64,000 nucleotides of DNA. Source: Takakia lepidozioides (taxonomy: Eukaryota; Plantae; Bryophyta). The stretch covers positions 57,288,001 to 57,352,000 of the forward strand of contig CM060732.1 in assembly GCA_030704615.1 (NCBI GenBank). The letters run 5' to 3'. Below are positions 61,891 to 64,000 of the stretch, piece by piece. The notes beneath the pieces were generated by a model, which was not told the DNA's origin, did no database searches, and saw only the letters and a list, made by a program, of their open reading frames with translations. Within the stretch, counting starts at the first letter, position 1, and each line of letters opens with the position of its first letter. The position numbers were made by a program, and so were the translations under genes.

Positions 61891-63309
61891 TGTTGTTAAC
61901 CCTTAAACAATGAGCTGCCTTTTTGTGGCCCACCCCTAAAATAATACTAGGGTAGTCTGTGCCGTTGGCCCAAGTGTCCGGTGTCATTTAAGCCCAGCGT
62001 AAGGTCTTCTATGTATCCCACTACGTCTCCTATGTCGAGGCCCAAGTGCGATCTCTAGGGTAGCATGTGCCATTGGCCCATGTGTGAAGAATTGAAATCT
62101 AAAGTGCAATCTCCTATACATCCAAGCGCTTCTCCCCTGTATAGGCCAAAGTGCAACCTCTACTGTCCAATGTCATCTAAGTCCAAGTGCAATCCCAAAG
62201 CCCACTTTGCTATTTTTGCAATCTCCCCTGTCCAGTGTTGACATATTGACATCCCAGTTTGCTATTTTTCATGAATTTCCAGTGACCAAAAATACTTAAA
62301 ATTTCAAATCTCCCACATGAAGGGCCAATCATTGCTCCAGGTAAGCCCACTTTGCCATTTTTCACGAATTTCCAACGACCAAAAGTACTTGAAATTCGAC
62401 ATCTCCCACACCGCAGGTCCAAAAATCATAACTACGTGGGATCTTACCTTCACCTAAATTTCATGGTATTTTGCCGTCGGAATGAAAGTCTTATAATTTT
62501 TTTTCTTCTAATTGTTTTGTGAGCATGAAATGTTTTTGCAACCTCTCCAAAGTAGGAAACAAATTCACAAATCTGTTCAAATATGGTCAAACCAATTGAA
62601 ACCCCATTCAACGTGGTTTGAATGTCACACGACTCTGTTGACCAACTTCTCTTGATTTTTCAGAGTTTTTGGGTCGATTGTGTAACATTTTATGAAATTG
62701 TCAAGAACCCTGAGCAATTAACTGCACATTATATTGACTTTGCAACTAGCCTAGACCATAGCAATCAGGCTTATAATGGTCATGAGGATTTCTTGCTGTT
62801 CAACACCACAATTGCAGGGTGATCAGTTGGAAATGTGCCTGGATCTCTGCAAAGTATCTCAAGCTTACCCTTGAAGTTGTTGTCTCTCTACAGCTGCGGC
62901 TATGGCAGCCAGCTCGATAAAGGCTCTACTCATCCTGGTGGGCCCACCAACAGCACAACTGCAGCCGCAGGCGACTCGGGACCGGTTTCTCCCACTCAAC
63001 AGTTGCAGTCACCTCGTGGAAGGCAGTCGCCGCTTAGACCACAGTCACCATCTGTGTCTCTTGCGCGCCCTCAATCACCGGCTGCATCCGTCCCAAGTGG
63101 ATCTGCTCGATACCCCTCACCTAAGAAGGCCCACAATCCCTCAGCCCCTCGGTCTCCTCGTGATGCACAAACATGCAGTAAAGGACACGGCCGAGCTACT
63201 CCAAGGACGTCCCCCACTCGATTGCCATCTCAGTCCCCCACCTGCACTTGCACACCCTTCCAAGCATTGCTCACCTTCTTTCGACAAATCGCTTCTCTCA
63301 CTTTTAAAA

Positions 63310-63634
63310 CAAAAACCACAAGTGCTAAAACTAAACTCACCTCTGGCACTCATAGATGCAAGATCATCTCTCTCGAGTGATAGAAAACTAAAACCCACAA
63401 CAACCTATTCTCCCTACATAGCACACTCAGATTCTAAAGCGTGAAGGAGCTCGGTCATGCAGGCTCAACTCGAGAGAGATGAGCCACACGGCTGACGCTC
63501 TCGTGAAGATAAGACGGTTCAGGTGTCAAACTAAACTTGACACCTGACTTAACACTTGAACTAAATCCAAGTGTTAAATACAAATAACTAGCTTTATTCT
63601 AGTTAGTTTCACACTGTGTTTATTTAACTTGACA
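63310..63634 (-). mobile_element. LTR-like terminal repeat, copy 2
   Basis: Last ~240 bp are close to 5675-5914 and end at the same ...GACA. Confidence 0.65.
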
Positions 63635-64000
63635 CCGTTCAGCAGACTGCTGACGACGCCATTACTCAGCAGACTGACCCACTGCAACAAAAAGAGCATG
63701 GACAGACTGTCAACACTATCCCAACCACTGTTCAAGAGAGTGGGCGCACTATAGGCCACACCGAGGACGAGGAGACTCATGAGCAGACCGGCGAGCAAAC
63801 TGAAGGACTGCCTCTGCACCAGACCGTGCAACATACCGATGACGTCGCGGTCAAGCAGACCGTCCACCATACCAATGAGCAGACCGGGCTGCAGACGGAT
63901 GACCTGGCTGTGCACCAGCAGACTGTGCAGCATACCATTGAGCAGACCGTCCAGCAAACTGAAAGCAGTCACCACAATGACAGTGCCCTGCAGACTGTCC
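63635..64000 (+). repeat. CAGAC(T/C)G-rich repeats of the element A/B family, truncated by the window edge
   Basis: gagcagaccg/cagcagactg motifs resemble 48170-48600 and 59470-59620. Confidence 0.5.

Noticed and set aside
62835-63444. 181- and 180-aa Pro/Ser-rich ORFs
   Set aside because: Low complexity, non-informative, and they run into the LTR-like repeat.

Overview
Eukaryotic, repeat-rich DNA from a non-seed land plant, most likely a bryophyte. This is inferred from an MTPSL gene, a PLS-type PPR fragment and short GT-AG introns. Five apparently intact genes: an intronless microbial-type terpene synthase (15014-16201 +), an 11-exon RETICULATA-RELATED 5/6-like gene (26499-32352 -), a secreted S-protein-homologue-like ORF (35534-35959 +), a 2-exon F-box/kelch-like gene (38743-40045 -) and a 3-exon family-1 UDP-glycosyltransferase (41175-43023 +). 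Much of the rest is transposon-derived: a decayed Ty3/gypsy-like gag-protease with an extra upstream ORF, two copies of an LTR-like end about 58 kb apart, CACTA-like termini, a hAT MITE with a perfect 8-bp TSD, three tRNA-derived SINE-like inserts, tandem arrays and orphan host-gene fragments (RLK, PPR, ATL). The most notable structure is a ~12-kb Mutator-like element (43122-55117) with long TIRs and a probable 9-bp TSD. Its decayed transposase matches motif-for-motif the plant host SWIM-finger proteins of the At4g13970/At1g60560 type (from recall), and it carries a large uncharacterised convergent second gene. It abuts a rearranged sister element at a palindromic junction. The MTPSL gene is bracketed by ~120-bp inverted repeats, next to a decayed ParB/Srx-motif (DGNHR) ORF. 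All homology calls come from motif recognition by eye; no searches were run.
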